A stretch of 64,000 nucleotides of DNA from Terriglobales bacterium (lineage in GTDB: Bacteria > Acidobacteriota > Terriglobia > Terriglobales > Acidobacteriaceae). The position numbers and the translations under genes are program-made. The DNA lies in the NCBI GenBank assembly GCA_036558645.1, contig DATBFG010000016.1, forward strand, positions 21,537 through 85,536. Direction: 5' to 3'. Of this stretch, positions 9,699 to 19,975 are shown piece by piece. Within the stretch, counting starts at the first letter, position 1. Each line of letters starts with the position of its first letter. The notes below the pieces were generated by a model. That model worked only from the letters and a program-made list of their open reading frames with translations, was not told the origin of the DNA and did not search any database.

Positions 9699-10403
9699 TT
9701 ACGACAGGTGAATGCCCAGCAACTGCAGGGTCGCGGTTCCGGTTATCCCACCATCCAGCGTGATCTCAATCGTGAAGTCATAAGGATGGTCTTGCGGCGC
9801 GGCGTGAAACTTGGCTGTGGCAGGTAAGTAAGCATCAATTTTGTCCTGGTCGATGCAGAACGGAACGGGACTTGTATTTGTGCATGGAATATCGCTAATG
9901 CCCTCCAGAGCAACGCAATTGGAGCCGCAGAAAACGGTCGTCTTGTTGTCCTCCATGCCATCGCCCGTCTGTCCAGGAAGATCGGCGAAGTGCGGCCAGT
10001 TGTTGTTCGTGGTCGCTCCATAAACTGTACCCGAGATCACGACTTTTACATGCTGCCCTGCGGTGACATTCCAAAGCTTCTTTGATCCCACAAGAATCGT
10101 GTGATGGCCATTGGGATCCATGCTCATTTTGATATTAGCGCCGTTCGTTCCGAGCGCATCGCATATGGTGGAAGGAGTGCTGGTACACGAGTACGACGTC
10201 CAATGCATATAAGCGGGCGGTTGTGCACAAGTCGTTCCCAGGTAGCCTGCAACGGTTCCGTCAGCACAGGGTGCAATGGCGCCGGAATCCATGATGGGCG
10301 GCTCTGTAGATTGTCCGCCTCCGCCGCAGCCGGCCAGCACCACTAAAAAGGCGAGGCCAACCATGAGCGAGCATATCGCGAATCGATGAGGGGTCGTTCG
10401 CAT
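9699..10403 (-). CDS. Cys-rich lipoprotein of unknown function
   Basis: Signal peptide MRTTPHRFAICSLMVGLAFLVVLAGC with a lipobox. The mature part has 8 Cys. I recognise no family. Confidence 0.6.
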   Translation of the reverse strand: MRTTPHRFAICSLMVGLAFLVVLAGCGGGGQSTEPPIMDSGAIAPCADGTVAGYLGTTCAQPPAYMHWTSYSCTSTPSTICDALGTNGANIKMSMDPNGHHTILVGSKKLWNVTAGQHVKVVISGTVYGATTNNNWPHFADLPGQTGDGMEDNKTTVFCGSNCVALEGISDIPCTNTSPVPFCIDQDKIDAYLPATAKFHAAPQDHPYDFTIEITLDGGITGTATLQLLGIHLS

Positions 10404-10713
10404 GCCCTGAACGTACTCCTTCAACAAACGATGTACGAGAGCACAGATGTACAGGCCAGGGGACGCCCAGTTTCATGACCAAAAGTAAGAGTTACTTTGA
10501 ACAGATCATTGGACCTTAGAGACACAAGTTGTCCTTTGTAATCAGCACAGAACGTGACAATCGCCCCTGGCGCACGTCTTAAGGCAGGCTAAATGACTAG
10601 TGCCGACGTGAAACCTTGACTCCGGCGTGCGCTTGTGACAAGCTTTCCGCCGCTTTAGTACGTCATCAAAGACGGAGTCTTCCCCTAGCTGAATCCTTTG
10701 CTTTCCCCCTGAG

Positions 10714-13700
10714 GTGTGTTGGGTGCGTTGCGCTTTCGGTTTCTTCCTTGCGGGTCTCACTGTTTTCGCTTCTTTTGCTCACGGACAGAGTTCGCCTGCC
10801 GTTCTACCTTCATTGCCCGCTGGCGCAAGTCTGACTTTGAGCGACCTCGCAATCTCCTCAAACGCGGAACAGAATGTCAGTCTCGTTCAGGACAACTCAG
10901 GTATCAACCTACAAACGAATTCCGGAAAAGCGGACATCGACGTTATCCAACACATTGTTTTCATCGTTAAGGAAAACCGCACATTCGACAACATGTTCGG
11001 TGCAATGAAACTGACCAGACCCGACGTGAATGGGGCCACGACCGGCCTTCTATCAACGGGACAGGTGATCCAATTAGGGCGATCCCCTGATGCCCTTCCG
11101 AGAGACCTCGGCCACTCATGGTGGGACACTTTGACTTCCATGGACTACGGCAGGATGGACGGATTTGATCTGGTCCAGGAAAACCCGGTTCAGTGCAGCA
11201 TCGAAGGCGATCTACTCTGCTTTACACAGTATCAGCAGGAAGACATTCCTAGTTACTGGACACTCGCCACGTACTTCACACTCGCCGACAACATGTTCAG
11301 TTCAATGCATGCGCCGAGTGTTCCTAACCACGCTTTTACCGTAGCAGCGCAGGCCGGCAACATGATGTCTGAGACCCATAATCCTCTCGACCCAACAGAT
11401 CGCCCCGCGGCTTGCGCGGACGCCGGACCTGGGGCAACGGTAAGAGTTCTGGACTCCCGCGGCAATGTTGAGGAAGTCTTCCCCTGCTTCGACTTTCTGA
11501 CCGTAGGAGACACACTGAACAATGCGGGTATCAGTTGGAGAACGTATGCACCAAAAGGATTCGGATGGAACGGCTTTGTCTCCGTAAATCACATCCGCAA
11601 TACAAACCAGTGGGCGATCCATAATGTCAACGACAGCATTGTCGACAACGTGTTTGCTCGCGATGCCGCTGCTGGCAATCTTCCAGCGGTGACGTGGTTA
11701 GTCAGCGAGGGCGGCTTCTCTGACCATCCGCCGTGGAGCATCTGCGAGGGCGAAAACTGGTTAGTCAGACAGATCAGCGCAGTAATGAACGGGCCGTTAT
11801 GGAATTCGACTGCCATCTTCCTGACTTGGGATGACTTTGGTGGATTTTACGATCATGTATCCACGCCGATGGTGGATGCCTTTGGATTGGCGCCGCGCGT
11901 GCCATTGATTGTCATTTCCCCATATGCAAAGCCTGGCTATGTCTCACACACACCTTATGAGTTCGCATCGGTGTTGAAGTTCATCGAGAAGCGCTTTGGG
12001 TTGCCACCTACCAATCAACTTCCTATTCATGATGCGGACCCGAGTCTAAGCGATCTGGAGGACGCTTTCGATTTCAATCAGAGCCCCCTGCCGCCTCCGT
12101 CAAATTTCGCGGAGAGACAATGTTCGCCGGTCTCGACGGCGTCGCTGAAATTTCCTCCAGCAAATGTCGGGCAAAATGGTGCAAACCGGACGGTCACAAT
12201 TGGAAATTATGACATCGCGAAACCACTCACGATCTCTTCTGTGGTTTCGAGTGGCGATTTCAGCGTGGTCAACCAAGGATGCACGCAGCTGCCTCCGAAT
12301 AGAGGACGGCCTTTTACTTGCAACTTGCTCGTTACTTTTACACCAACTGCGCTCGGGACGCGTGGTGGAAGCATCACCATCACCGACAACAATCCCACGA
12401 GCCCTCAAGTCGTGAGCCTTTCCGGGATCGGCAGTAGTCTTTCTCTGTCTCCCAGTCTATTGACCTTTGGAACTCAAGTCGTTGGCACGACTAGTTCAAG
12501 ATTACTCGCACAGCTCACCAACAACGGTTCCGGTGCCGTCACGATAAGTAGCATAGCTGGAAATTCTGCTGACTATAAGGTGAATACAAACTGTCCCAGG
12601 CCCGGAACATTGGGGCCTGGCCAATCCTGTAACCTAGGAGCCACGTTCACCCCTACAGCCGCAGGGACTCGCTATGGAACCGTCACGGTCGTGAGCAACG
12701 ATCCCGCCAGCCCTACGGTGTTGGGGCTTACTGGAATTGGAACTCAGTTGACAATTTCACCTACGAATCTAAATTTTCCTGCTCAGCCCGTTGGTACAAC
12801 GAGTTCGCCACAAACGCTGACCTTTACAAATGAAGGTTCGAATCCAGTGACTGTGAGTAAGGTCGTAATCTACTCGAGCCTGATACCGCCTGTAGGTCCC
12901 CGTGTCTTGCTAAATGAGCCCAGCCCCGAGTTCGCACAAAGCAACGATTGCGGCAGCACGATTGCAGCTGGAGCGAATTGTACGTTTCAAGTAACTTTCG
13001 CGCCCAACACAATTGGAGCACGAGGTGCTGAACTCATCATGACCGACAGTGACGCTGATAGTCCGCACGTCGTCCTGCTCGATGGAGCCGGCACTCGGGC
13101 CTTGTCAAATGCCGTACCCTCGATTGGCCAGCCCTTGGTACCAACAGCTGTTGCTCCCGGTTCACCAGGGTTTATGTTGTCCGTGAGTGGTCTGAACTTT
13201 CTACAAGGTGCTGTGGTTCAGTGGAACGGAACTGCGCTGCCCACCACATTTGTAAATAGCGATCGGCTTTCGGCGATGGTTCCCGCGGCGAATCTCACCT
13301 CGGCGCAGACGGCCAACATCAGCATTACGAATTCTGTCCCGGGAGGCCCTACATCGAACGTGTTGCCATTTCATGTTGTCGCTCCCGTCGCGCATGACAC
13401 ATTTGTCAGGTCTGATATTCCAGTCGGTAAAAATCCCAAGTGGATCTCCGTTGCGGACTTCAATTCAGACGGAAAGCTCGATTTAGCTGTCGCCAACTTC
13501 GGTGACAGCACGGTATCGATTCTGCTGGGAAACGGCGATGCTACTTTCAGCCTTAAATCCACCGTGCCGGTTGGAACTGGGCCGACCACGATCACAGTGG
13601 GAGACTTCGATAACGACGGTAGACTCGATCTCGCCGTCGGCAATCAGAAGAGAAATGATGTATCCATTCTTAGAGGGTTCGGAGACGGGACTTTCGTCGC

Positions 13701-14427
13701 CAAGCCTCGATTTCAGAGCGTGCAGCCAACATGGATCGCTACAACGGATTTTGATCAGAATGGAACGCTGGATCTCGGCGTTGCAAATAACGTCAGTCCC
13801 TCGGTTTCAGTATGGTTGGGCAACGGGGACGATACGTTTTATCAGATGTCGACCCCGCCTGTCGGCCGCCCAGGCCCAGTCTCGCTCTGCACAGCGGACT
13901 TCAATAGCGATGGGACACCGGATTTTGCAGAACTCAATAGAACCGACAAGTCCGTCTCTATCGCGCTGGGAGTTGGCGATGGAACTTTCACCGCTGCTTC
14001 TCAAAGACCTGCAACGGGCTCAGAACCAGCGGCAATGATTGCCGCAGATCTCAATGGTGACGGCAAGGCCGACATTGCGCTGGTCAACAAAAATGATAAT
14101 TCTGTGGAAATTCTGCTTGGCTTGGGAGATGGAACGTTCCTGCCGAATCCAAGTCTTGCTACGGCGGCTGGACCTGCGTCACTCTCAGTTGGCGACGTCA
14201 ATGGAGATGGCAACATCGATCTCGTAACAGTCAATCAGACGGCGAATAGTGTCTCCGTATTTCTTAGCGACGGAGATGGGACGTTCCAGGCAAAGCGGGA
14301 TGTTTTGGTAGGTAGAGGGCCAACCTCTGTAGGAGCGGGAGATTTCAACCAGGACGGCACACTTGATTTCGTAGTCACAAACGGCAGCGCCAATACAATC
14401 TCGATTCTGTCGCAGATTGCGCGCTGA
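10714..14427 (+). CDS. Multidomain secreted protein: phosphoesterase (PLC/AcpA-family) domain, about 4 Ig-like 'choice-of-anchor D/HYDIN-like' modules, an IPT/TIG-like module and about 7 FG-GAP/VCBS repeats
   Basis: [17 protein letters not shown] and [18 protein letters not shown] mark the phosphoesterase domain. The blocks ...[14 protein letters not shown]...N.P.SP.V..L.G.G are repeated 4 times. FG-GAP/VCBS repeats such as [30 protein letters not shown] and [14 protein letters not shown] follow. Signal peptide present. The start is GTG at 10714, or GTG at 10723 with GAGG 8 nt upstream. Confidence 0.85.
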   Translation: MCWVRCAFGFFLAGLTVFASFAHGQSSPAVLPSLPAGASLTLSDLAISSNAEQNVSLVQDNSGINLQTNSGKADIDVIQHIVFIVKENRTFDNMFGAMKLTRPDVNGATTGLLSTGQVIQLGRSPDALPRDLGHSWWDTLTSMDYGRMDGFDLVQENPVQCSIEGDLLCFTQYQQEDIPSYWTLATYFTLADNMFSSMHAPSVPNHAFTVAAQAGNMMSETHNPLDPTDRPAACADAGPGATVRVLDSRGNVEEVFPCFDFLTVGDTLNNAGISWRTYAPKGFGWNGFVSVNHIRNTNQWAIHNVNDSIVDNVFARDAAAGNLPAVTWLVSEGGFSDHPPWSICEGENWLVRQISAVMNGPLWNSTAIFLTWDDFGGFYDHVSTPMVDAFGLAPRVPLIVISPYAKPGYVSHTPYEFASVLKFIEKRFGLPPTNQLPIHDADPSLSDLEDAFDFNQSPLPPPSNFAERQCSPVSTASLKFPPANVGQNGANRTVTIGNYDIAKPLTISSVVSSGDFSVVNQGCTQLPPNRGRPFTCNLLVTFTPTALGTRGGSITITDNNPTSPQVVSLSGIGSSLSLSPSLLTFGTQVVGTTSSRLLAQLTNNGSGAVTISSIAGNSADYKVNTNCPRPGTLGPGQSCNLGATFTPTAAGTRYGTVTVVSNDPASPTVLGLTGIGTQLTISPTNLNFPAQPVGTTSSPQTLTFTNEGSNPVTVSKVVIYSSLIPPVGPRVLLNEPSPEFAQSNDCGSTIAAGANCTFQVTFAPNTIGARGAELIMTDSDADSPHVVLLDGAGTRALSNAVPSIGQPLVPTAVAPGSPGFMLSVSGLNFLQGAVVQWNGTALPTTFVNSDRLSAMVPAANLTSAQTANISITNSVPGGPTSNVLPFHVVAPVAHDTFVRSDIPVGKNPKWISVADFNSDGKLDLAVANFGDSTVSILLGNGDATFSLKSTVPVGTGPTTITVGDFDNDGRLDLAVGNQKRNDVSILRGFGDGTFVAKPRFQSVQPTWIATTDFDQNGTLDLGVANNVSPSVSVWLGNGDDTFYQMSTPPVGRPGPVSLCTADFNSDGTPDFAELNRTDKSVSIALGVGDGTFTAASQRPATGSEPAAMIAADLNGDGKADIALVNKNDNSVEILLGLGDGTFLPNPSLATAAGPASLSVGDVNGDGNIDLVTVNQTANSVSVFLSDGDGTFQAKRDVLVGRGPTSVGAGDFNQDGTLDFVVTNGSANTISILSQIAR

Positions 14428-14494
14428 TGGGCGAGGATTGAGTTCAACTCTTTCTGAAAATTGCGCAACTAATACCCACCTAGTTTCGCCCACA

Positions 14495-15430
14495 CTACTG
14501 CCGTGCAACGCCTCCAACGCTGGCATACCAGTCGTAGGTTTCCTGTAGTGCTTGTTCCAACGAGTAGCGACATGTAAATCCGGTCGCGCGCAGGCGACTC
14601 ACATCATAGGCGCGGAACAGGGCACCATTCGGCATGCTGGCATCCCAAGTCACACGCTCCTCCATGCCAGTATGGTTAGCAAGGATGTCAACCACATCTC
14701 GTATCCTTCGCGAAACGCCGCTGGCCAAATTAATCGGACCCGTCACGTGATCCATGATCGTGTATAGGGCGCGTACTGTGTCTTTAATGTATAGAAAATC
14801 ACGATAGGCTGACCCGTCACCCCACACGGTAACACTGGTCTTATTCTTTTTCGCGTCGTAGAACTTTTTCACCAGCGACGGAATGACGTGTCCTGTTTCG
14901 GTGTTGAAACGATCATGCGAGCCGAAAAGATTGGTACTGAAGACAAAGGCATAGGGCATTCCGTAACTGTTCTCGTACGTTTGTAGCTGCGCTAGCATCC
15001 CGCGCTTGGCCTGAGCGTAGCCGTACTCTGAAAAGTGCGGCGGTCCCTTCCAGACGTCCTCTTCAGAAAGTGTCACCCCTGCTTCTATGTCTGGATACAC
15101 GGCGATGCTGCCCATGGCTACAACTTTCTTGACCGCGAACTGGTAACACGCATCAATCACATGCGTGTTGATGAGTGTATTTTTCAAGTAGGCTTCACCC
15201 TGGTTTTGCATGATTCCCACAATTCCGCGCACGAATCCGGCCATGTGGAAGACGTAATCGGGTGAATTTTGGGAATAGTAATCCTGGACAGCTTTTCGGT
15301 CCGTGAGGTCACATTCCGACGAAGTGGGGGTCAGGACGCGGGTAAAGCCATGCGACAACAAGTAGTCCTTGAGATGAATGCCCGCGAGGCCAGTACCACC
15401 CGTGATCAAAATCGTGTCATTGCCATTCAT
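14495..15430 (-). CDS. fcl: GDP-L-fucose synthase-like NAD(P)-dependent epimerase/reductase (GDP-4-keto-6-deoxymannose-processing enzyme)
   Basis: Extended-SDR fold with ILITGGTGLAG and YGYAQAK (YxxxK). About 311 aa from the internal ATG at 15430. Same strand and locus as gmd. The exact product (fucose versus another 6-deoxyhexose) is not determinable from sequence. Confidence 0.6.
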   Translation of the reverse strand: MNGNDTILITGGTGLAGIHLKDYLLSHGFTRVLTPTSSECDLTDRKAVQDYYSQNSPDYVFHMAGFVRGIVGIMQNQGEAYLKNTLINTHVIDACYQFAVKKVVAMGSIAVYPDIEAGVTLSEEDVWKGPPHFSEYGYAQAKRGMLAQLQTYENSYGMPYAFVFSTNLFGSHDRFNTETGHVIPSLVKKFYDAKKNKTSVTVWGDGSAYRDFLYIKDTVRALYTIMDHVTGPINLASGVSRRIRDVVDILANHTGMEERVTWDASMPNGALFRAYDVSRLRATGFTCRYSLEQALQETYDWYASVGGVARQ

Positions 15431-15539
15431 GCTCAACGAATCCTTCGCCTGAGATGGTGGTTGAGAGGCTTGTAAATACTTGCGTGATTTCCGTACAAAA
15501 GCCACCGAGGTGTTAGCGCTGTGGACTTGTTCAATCGTC

Positions 15540-16331
15540 TCAATCGAACTTTTTCAGCCCGACCAGCTCTAGCCCGACATTCCATACGAAGATGGGACCA
15601 CACACCAAGTAGCGCCGCCACAAACGCCTGGGCTCGTGGACCAAGCGATAAAGCCATTCGAACCCATTCTCCTGCATCCAGACCGGTGCCTGCTTAAGCT
15701 TGCCAGTATGGAAATCGAAAGCAGCGCCGACTCCTATCATGACTGGAACAGTAAGGCGGTTGCGGAATTCATACATGAACTGGTCTTGTCTGGGAGTTCC
15801 AAGCCCTACCCAAACAATGTCTGGAGCCGCCGACTCAATCGCGCGGGCAAGTATCTGTTTCTCCGATTCGGGCAACGGCCAGACTGCTAATGGGTAAGTA
15901 CCGGCAACGCGCGTTCCGTATTTTCTTTCGCATGTGACCGCTAGCTCTTCCGAAGCCCGGTGGCCATAAAAGAAGTGCCTATATTTCGCTCCGGTCTCAC
16001 GAAGGAGAGTACCCATGACCTCAGGCCCGTATGCCCGCCGGTGAGCGTTCTTAAAACCATGAATGCGTGCCAGCCATTTCATGGGCATGCCATCCATATT
16101 TTTCAAGTCTGCAGCATTGATGATCTCGCGGAGTTTCGGGTCTTTCATCGCCTCGATCATCCCATGCATTCCCATCTGGATGATGTAGCGGGAACAGTCA
16201 CGCTCTTGAATCCAATGATCAATTACCTGCAGGATTTCCGGAATCTGTAGCGGGCTGACGCTCATTCCCAAAACACGAAAAGTTGGGAGAGTTACTTCAC
16301 CCGATTTCGGTATCACGATGCGGCACGCCAT
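15540..16331 (-). CDS. WecB/TagA/CpsF-family (GT26) glycosyltransferase
   Basis: DIVWVGLGTPRQDQFM and VMIGVGAAFDFHTG match the GT26 core. GGAGAGGGA lies immediately upstream of the ATG at 16331. Confidence 0.8.
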   Translation of the reverse strand: MACRIVIPKSGEVTLPTFRVLGMSVSPLQIPEILQVIDHWIQERDCSRYIIQMGMHGMIEAMKDPKLREIINAADLKNMDGMPMKWLARIHGFKNAHRRAYGPEVMGTLLRETGAKYRHFFYGHRASEELAVTCERKYGTRVAGTYPLAVWPLPESEKQILARAIESAAPDIVWVGLGTPRQDQFMYEFRNRLTVPVMIGVGAAFDFHTGKLKQAPVWMQENGFEWLYRLVHEPRRLWRRYLVCGPIFVWNVGLELVGLKKFD

Positions 16332-16555
16332 TCCCTCTCCGGATCTCCGCTCGGAGGTACACATGATTGATTTCGTTAGAACACAGTAAGAGGATTCGCA
16401 CTTTCTGCAAGAACCTTGCAATCAAGATTTTCCAGCGGTGGTTGGGTCCGGGTGTTGGCTCTAGCCTCAGTCAGTTGCGGATGACGCTTCCTTTAAGTCA
16501 AGTGCTTGACCAGTGCTCTATGCTGACTAGCAATTACGGTCTGTCCCTCCTATGC

Positions 16556-17602
16556 CTAGCCAGCTAAAACACCCTGAACAGTTTCACCAACCTTTGCCGC
16601 GTTGAGTTCACGCCGGGCTAAGTCGAGGTCCGTGTTCACCATTTCAATCACAAGGTCTTTCCATGAACTCTTGTGCCGCCACCCCAGCACCTCACGAGCT
16701 TTGGAGCAATCCCCCATCAAAAGTTCCACGTCAGATGGGCGGAACAACGCCGGGTTGATCTTTACCCAATCACGATAGTCCAATCCGACATGCTTAAAGG
16801 CAACGTCGCAAACTTCGCGGATCGAGTGATTCTCGCCGGTCGAAACAACAAAGTCGTCCGGCTTCGGTTGCTGAAGCATCAGCCACATGGCCTCCATGTA
16901 GTCGGAGGCGTGTCCAATATCGCGAAGAGTCTCTATATTTCCCAGCTGAAGTTCCTTCGCTAGGCCCAGCTTGATCCTTGCGACATGAGAAGTAATCTTT
17001 CGGGAGACGAACTCCGGTCCACGGCGCGGAGATTCATGATCGAACAGGATGGCGCTGCTGATAAATAGATTGTAAGCCTCGCGATAATGCCGGCAGAGAT
17101 GGAAACAAGCTACCTTTGAGACTCCATAAGGTGAGCGTGGATGGAAGGGAGTGCTCTCATTTTGAGGACTCGACTGCACTTTCCCGTACATTTCGCTCGA
17201 TCCGGCAAAGCAGAATTTGCATCCCGGAGCAAACTGTTTCAGTGCGGCTAAAAGCTCGTGCGTACCCTGAAGGTTGATACGCATCGTGGAGAACTCATCC
17301 TGAAAAGAGACACCGACAGAGCTCTGAGCCGCCAGGTGATAGCACTCGTTGGGCTGCACGTCTTGCAGAAGTTTGCAGAGGCTAGCGTAACTTTCCAGTG
17401 AAGCTACGTGAAGGTGGAGGTCCGGCAGGAGATGGCGGATTCGCCAGACTCTATGTTCAGGAAGCTCGACTGCAACACGCCGCACCATGCCGTGGACTTC
17501 GTAGCCCTTGGATAGAAGCAGTTCGGCCAGATATGAGCCATCCTGTCCGGTTATACCAATTACCAGAGCGCGGGGTTTCACTTCTCCTCCCTGTTGAAGC
17601 AC
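16556..17602 (-). CDS. gmd: GDP-mannose 4,6-dehydratase
   Basis: ALVIGITGQDGSYLAELLLSKGYEVHGMVRR, PRSPYGVSK, LFDHESPRRG and DYMEAMWLMLQQPKPDDFVVSTGE are near-diagnostic for Gmd. The start is GTG at 17602, or GTG at 17581, which is preceded by GGGAGGAGAA. Confidence 0.9.
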   Translation of the reverse strand: MLQQGGEVKPRALVIGITGQDGSYLAELLLSKGYEVHGMVRRVAVELPEHRVWRIRHLLPDLHLHVASLESYASLCKLLQDVQPNECYHLAAQSSVGVSFQDEFSTMRINLQGTHELLAALKQFAPGCKFCFAGSSEMYGKVQSSPQNESTPFHPRSPYGVSKVACFHLCRHYREAYNLFISSAILFDHESPRRGPEFVSRKITSHVARIKLGLAKELQLGNIETLRDIGHASDYMEAMWLMLQQPKPDDFVVSTGENHSIREVCDVAFKHVGLDYRDWVKINPALFRPSDVELLMGDCSKAREVLGWRHKSSWKDLVIEMVNTDLDLARRELNAAKVGETVQGVLAG

Positions 17603-17880
17603 TTGCTAACCAAAACAAAATGTAACCAGGACTACATGAATGCGCCTAAGAAAACTGCCTCGAAAAGCGGCACGATTGTATACCGATATTCGTCCCAAAA
17701 AAACGGTGAAAAAGTTTTCATCCTCCGCATTTTGTGTCGCGTTGACTGTTACCGCTGATTTAGCGGCGGTTCGCGTTGCAAATCGTATAATCTCGTGATA
17801 TCTAACGGTGGTCGACTGGCCTGAAAGTAGTCCATTCCTCTGGCCTGGCAGCCTAGAGCGATAAAACCGGGAGCAGTGAA

Positions 17881-18711
17881 ATGATGTCGCCGTTGCGCAG
17901 GCTTCGCCACCGGATCATGGTAAGCACACCGGCACGGGTCCCTCTGATTTGGCTTCGCCACCGCGGCCTTGACGACGCTGATGCAATCATCGCCTCTTAT
18001 CCCCGTTCGGGTAACACGTGGTTGCGGTTCATGTTGGCCGAACTCTTCAGCGGCCACCCGACTGACTTCGAGAACATAGATCGGATCGTTCCGGAAATGG
18101 GCCTGCAGGTTCATGCGCAAGGAGTTCTGCCGAATCAGGGGAGGCTGATAAAGAGTCACGAGTGTTACCGAACGCAATACAAACGTGCTGTATACCTGGT
18201 GCGCGATATCCGTGATGTGGCGCTTTCCAATTATTCGCGGGAATGTTCGGTGGGGGCACACTTCATGACCTTTGATGAGTATCTGCCACTTTTTTTGGAA
18301 GGCACGACCAGTGGGTTTGGTTCATGGCAACGGCATGTGAGGAGTTGGATCCGAAGTCCGCTCAACGAACGTGGAGCAATGATCATAGTCCGGTTCGAAG
18401 ATATACGGCGAGACCCGGTATACGAACTCTCCCGTATTTTGACTTTTCTGGGATTCCATCATGCAGCATCAGAAATCAACAGTGCGGTCAACAGTAATTC
18501 CCTTGAGAGCATGCGGCGCAAGGAAGATAGCGCAACGAAGGTGCCTGCCGGGAACCACAGCGAGGCGGGAAGATTCGTTCGGACCGGCTCGGTTGGTGGA
18601 TGGAAGAACAAACTGAACGCCGAGCACCTGCAACTGATTGATGAATATGCGGGCGGAGTGCTGAATGAAATGGGATATCCAACCGCACTTGAAGTCCAGC
18701 GTGTGAGCTGA
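17881..18711 (+). CDS. PAPS-dependent-type sulfotransferase
   Basis: 5'-PSB-like YPRSGNTWL and 3'-PB-like VRDIRDVALS motifs. GGAG lies 7 nt upstream of the ATG. Confidence 0.8.
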   Translation: MMSPLRRLRHRIMVSTPARVPLIWLRHRGLDDADAIIASYPRSGNTWLRFMLAELFSGHPTDFENIDRIVPEMGLQVHAQGVLPNQGRLIKSHECYRTQYKRAVYLVRDIRDVALSNYSRECSVGAHFMTFDEYLPLFLEGTTSGFGSWQRHVRSWIRSPLNERGAMIIVRFEDIRRDPVYELSRILTFLGFHHAASEINSAVNSNSLESMRRKEDSATKVPAGNHSEAGRFVRTGSVGGWKNKLNAEHLQLIDEYAGGVLNEMGYPTALEVQRVS

Positions 18712-18760
18712 CGATTGCAACAAACCATTTAGTTTCTTCTGGAGTTCTGGCACGCCCTAA

Positions 18761-19951
18761 TCAGAAATTCGCTGCTCGCTCAACAGTCTCTTCTGAATCT
18801 GCAACTTTAACCTTTCCCTTTCGGTTAAAGACATCTTCGTAAACGTCGAGAAGTTGCCGGGCAGACTCAATCCAAGAAAATTTCTGAACCTGTTGATAAC
18901 CGGCCTCTTTCAATTTGTTTCTCAGCGGTTGATCGAGTAGAACTCGGTGCAACGCTCGCATAATCTCAAACACATTTTCTGGATTCACCAGGACAGCCGC
19001 GTTACCCACAACTTCCGGCAACGAAGACAGATTCGAGGTGACTACGGGAGTGCCGTGCGCCATAGCCTCAAGTGGCTGCAGCCCGAAGCCCTCGTATAGG
19101 CTGGGAAAGACAAAAACCTTGGCCAGATCGTAAAAAATCCGCAGCACATCTACCGGCACGAACCCCAGGAATCGCACGTCGTTCTGCACTCCGCTGCGGA
19201 TGACGGTACGGCGGAGATCGGGGTGCTTTGACAGCTCGTCTCCGATGATGATGAGTTTTAGATCCTGGTATTTACCGGCTTTTTCCAACTCGCTCTTCAG
19301 AGCAGAGAAAGCCTCAATAATGCGCACCAGATTCTTGTGTGGACTAATGCTACCGGCGTACAAGAGGAACGGATAATTTACCAGGTAACGTTCTGCGATA
19401 AACTGCCGGTCGTTCTGCGTGGTATGCCCACGCAAGAATCGTTCATCAATTGCGTTGTGAATGACCTCGATGTGCTCCCCGGGCAGCTTAAACAGCTTTT
19501 CCACCTCGCCCTTGGTGAAGCGAGACACTGCGAGTACGCGCGCTGCCTTACGCAACACGCGACATGTCAAGAAATACTGAGTTAGGCGTTTGGGCCGGGA
19601 TCGTTGATGTGCCCGATCCATGTGCTCGAGAACATCATGCGCTGTGAGTACATAGGGACAAGGCAGGTTGCGTGGCAGCCAGTATAGATGCGGAATATGC
19701 AGCAGGTCACAATCCAGCCGCTTTAGGATCGACCGGCACCCGACGAATCCCTTGAAAGTCGTATCGGGCTCGACAAGAGTAATCGCCTTGAAATTCGCCG
19801 GCAGCGGGCCGAACTCCTGCAATTTGAGAGGAGATCCGATGAGAACAAAGCTATTGGACTGATCGACTTGGGCCAGTGCGCGCACGATGTTGCGCGTGTA
19901 AGTGCCGATTCCGAATCCTGTGCTACCGCGAATGTCGAGCGCAATCTTCAC
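18761..19951 (-). CDS. Glycosyltransferase family 4 (GT-B, retaining type)
   Basis: C-terminal EGFGLQPLEAMAHGTPVVTS (E-x7-E motif). About 396 aa. GTG start. Confidence 0.85.
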   Translation of the reverse strand: MKIALDIRGSTGFGIGTYTRNIVRALAQVDQSNSFVLIGSPLKLQEFGPLPANFKAITLVEPDTTFKGFVGCRSILKRLDCDLLHIPHLYWLPRNLPCPYVLTAHDVLEHMDRAHQRSRPKRLTQYFLTCRVLRKAARVLAVSRFTKGEVEKLFKLPGEHIEVIHNAIDERFLRGHTTQNDRQFIAERYLVNYPFLLYAGSISPHKNLVRIIEAFSALKSELEKAGKYQDLKLIIIGDELSKHPDLRRTVIRSGVQNDVRFLGFVPVDVLRIFYDLAKVFVFPSLYEGFGLQPLEAMAHGTPVVTSNLSSLPEVVGNAAVLVNPENVFEIMRALHRVLLDQPLRNKLKEAGYQQVQKFSWIESARQLLDVYEDVFNRKGKVKVADSEETVERAANF

Positions 19952-19975
19952 GAGACCGCCCCGTCCGGTTCGAGA

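Noticed and set aside
12835-12845. GGTTCGAATCC, a tRNA T-arm-like 11-mer
   Set aside because: It lies inside the large phosphoesterase fusion CDS. No acceptor, D-arm or anticodon arm can be folded around it, so the match is coincidental.
17749-18261. 170-aa minus-strand ORF across the gmd/sulfotransferase intergenic region
   Set aside because: It overlaps the motif-supported sulfotransferase gene on the opposite strand and has no family signal.
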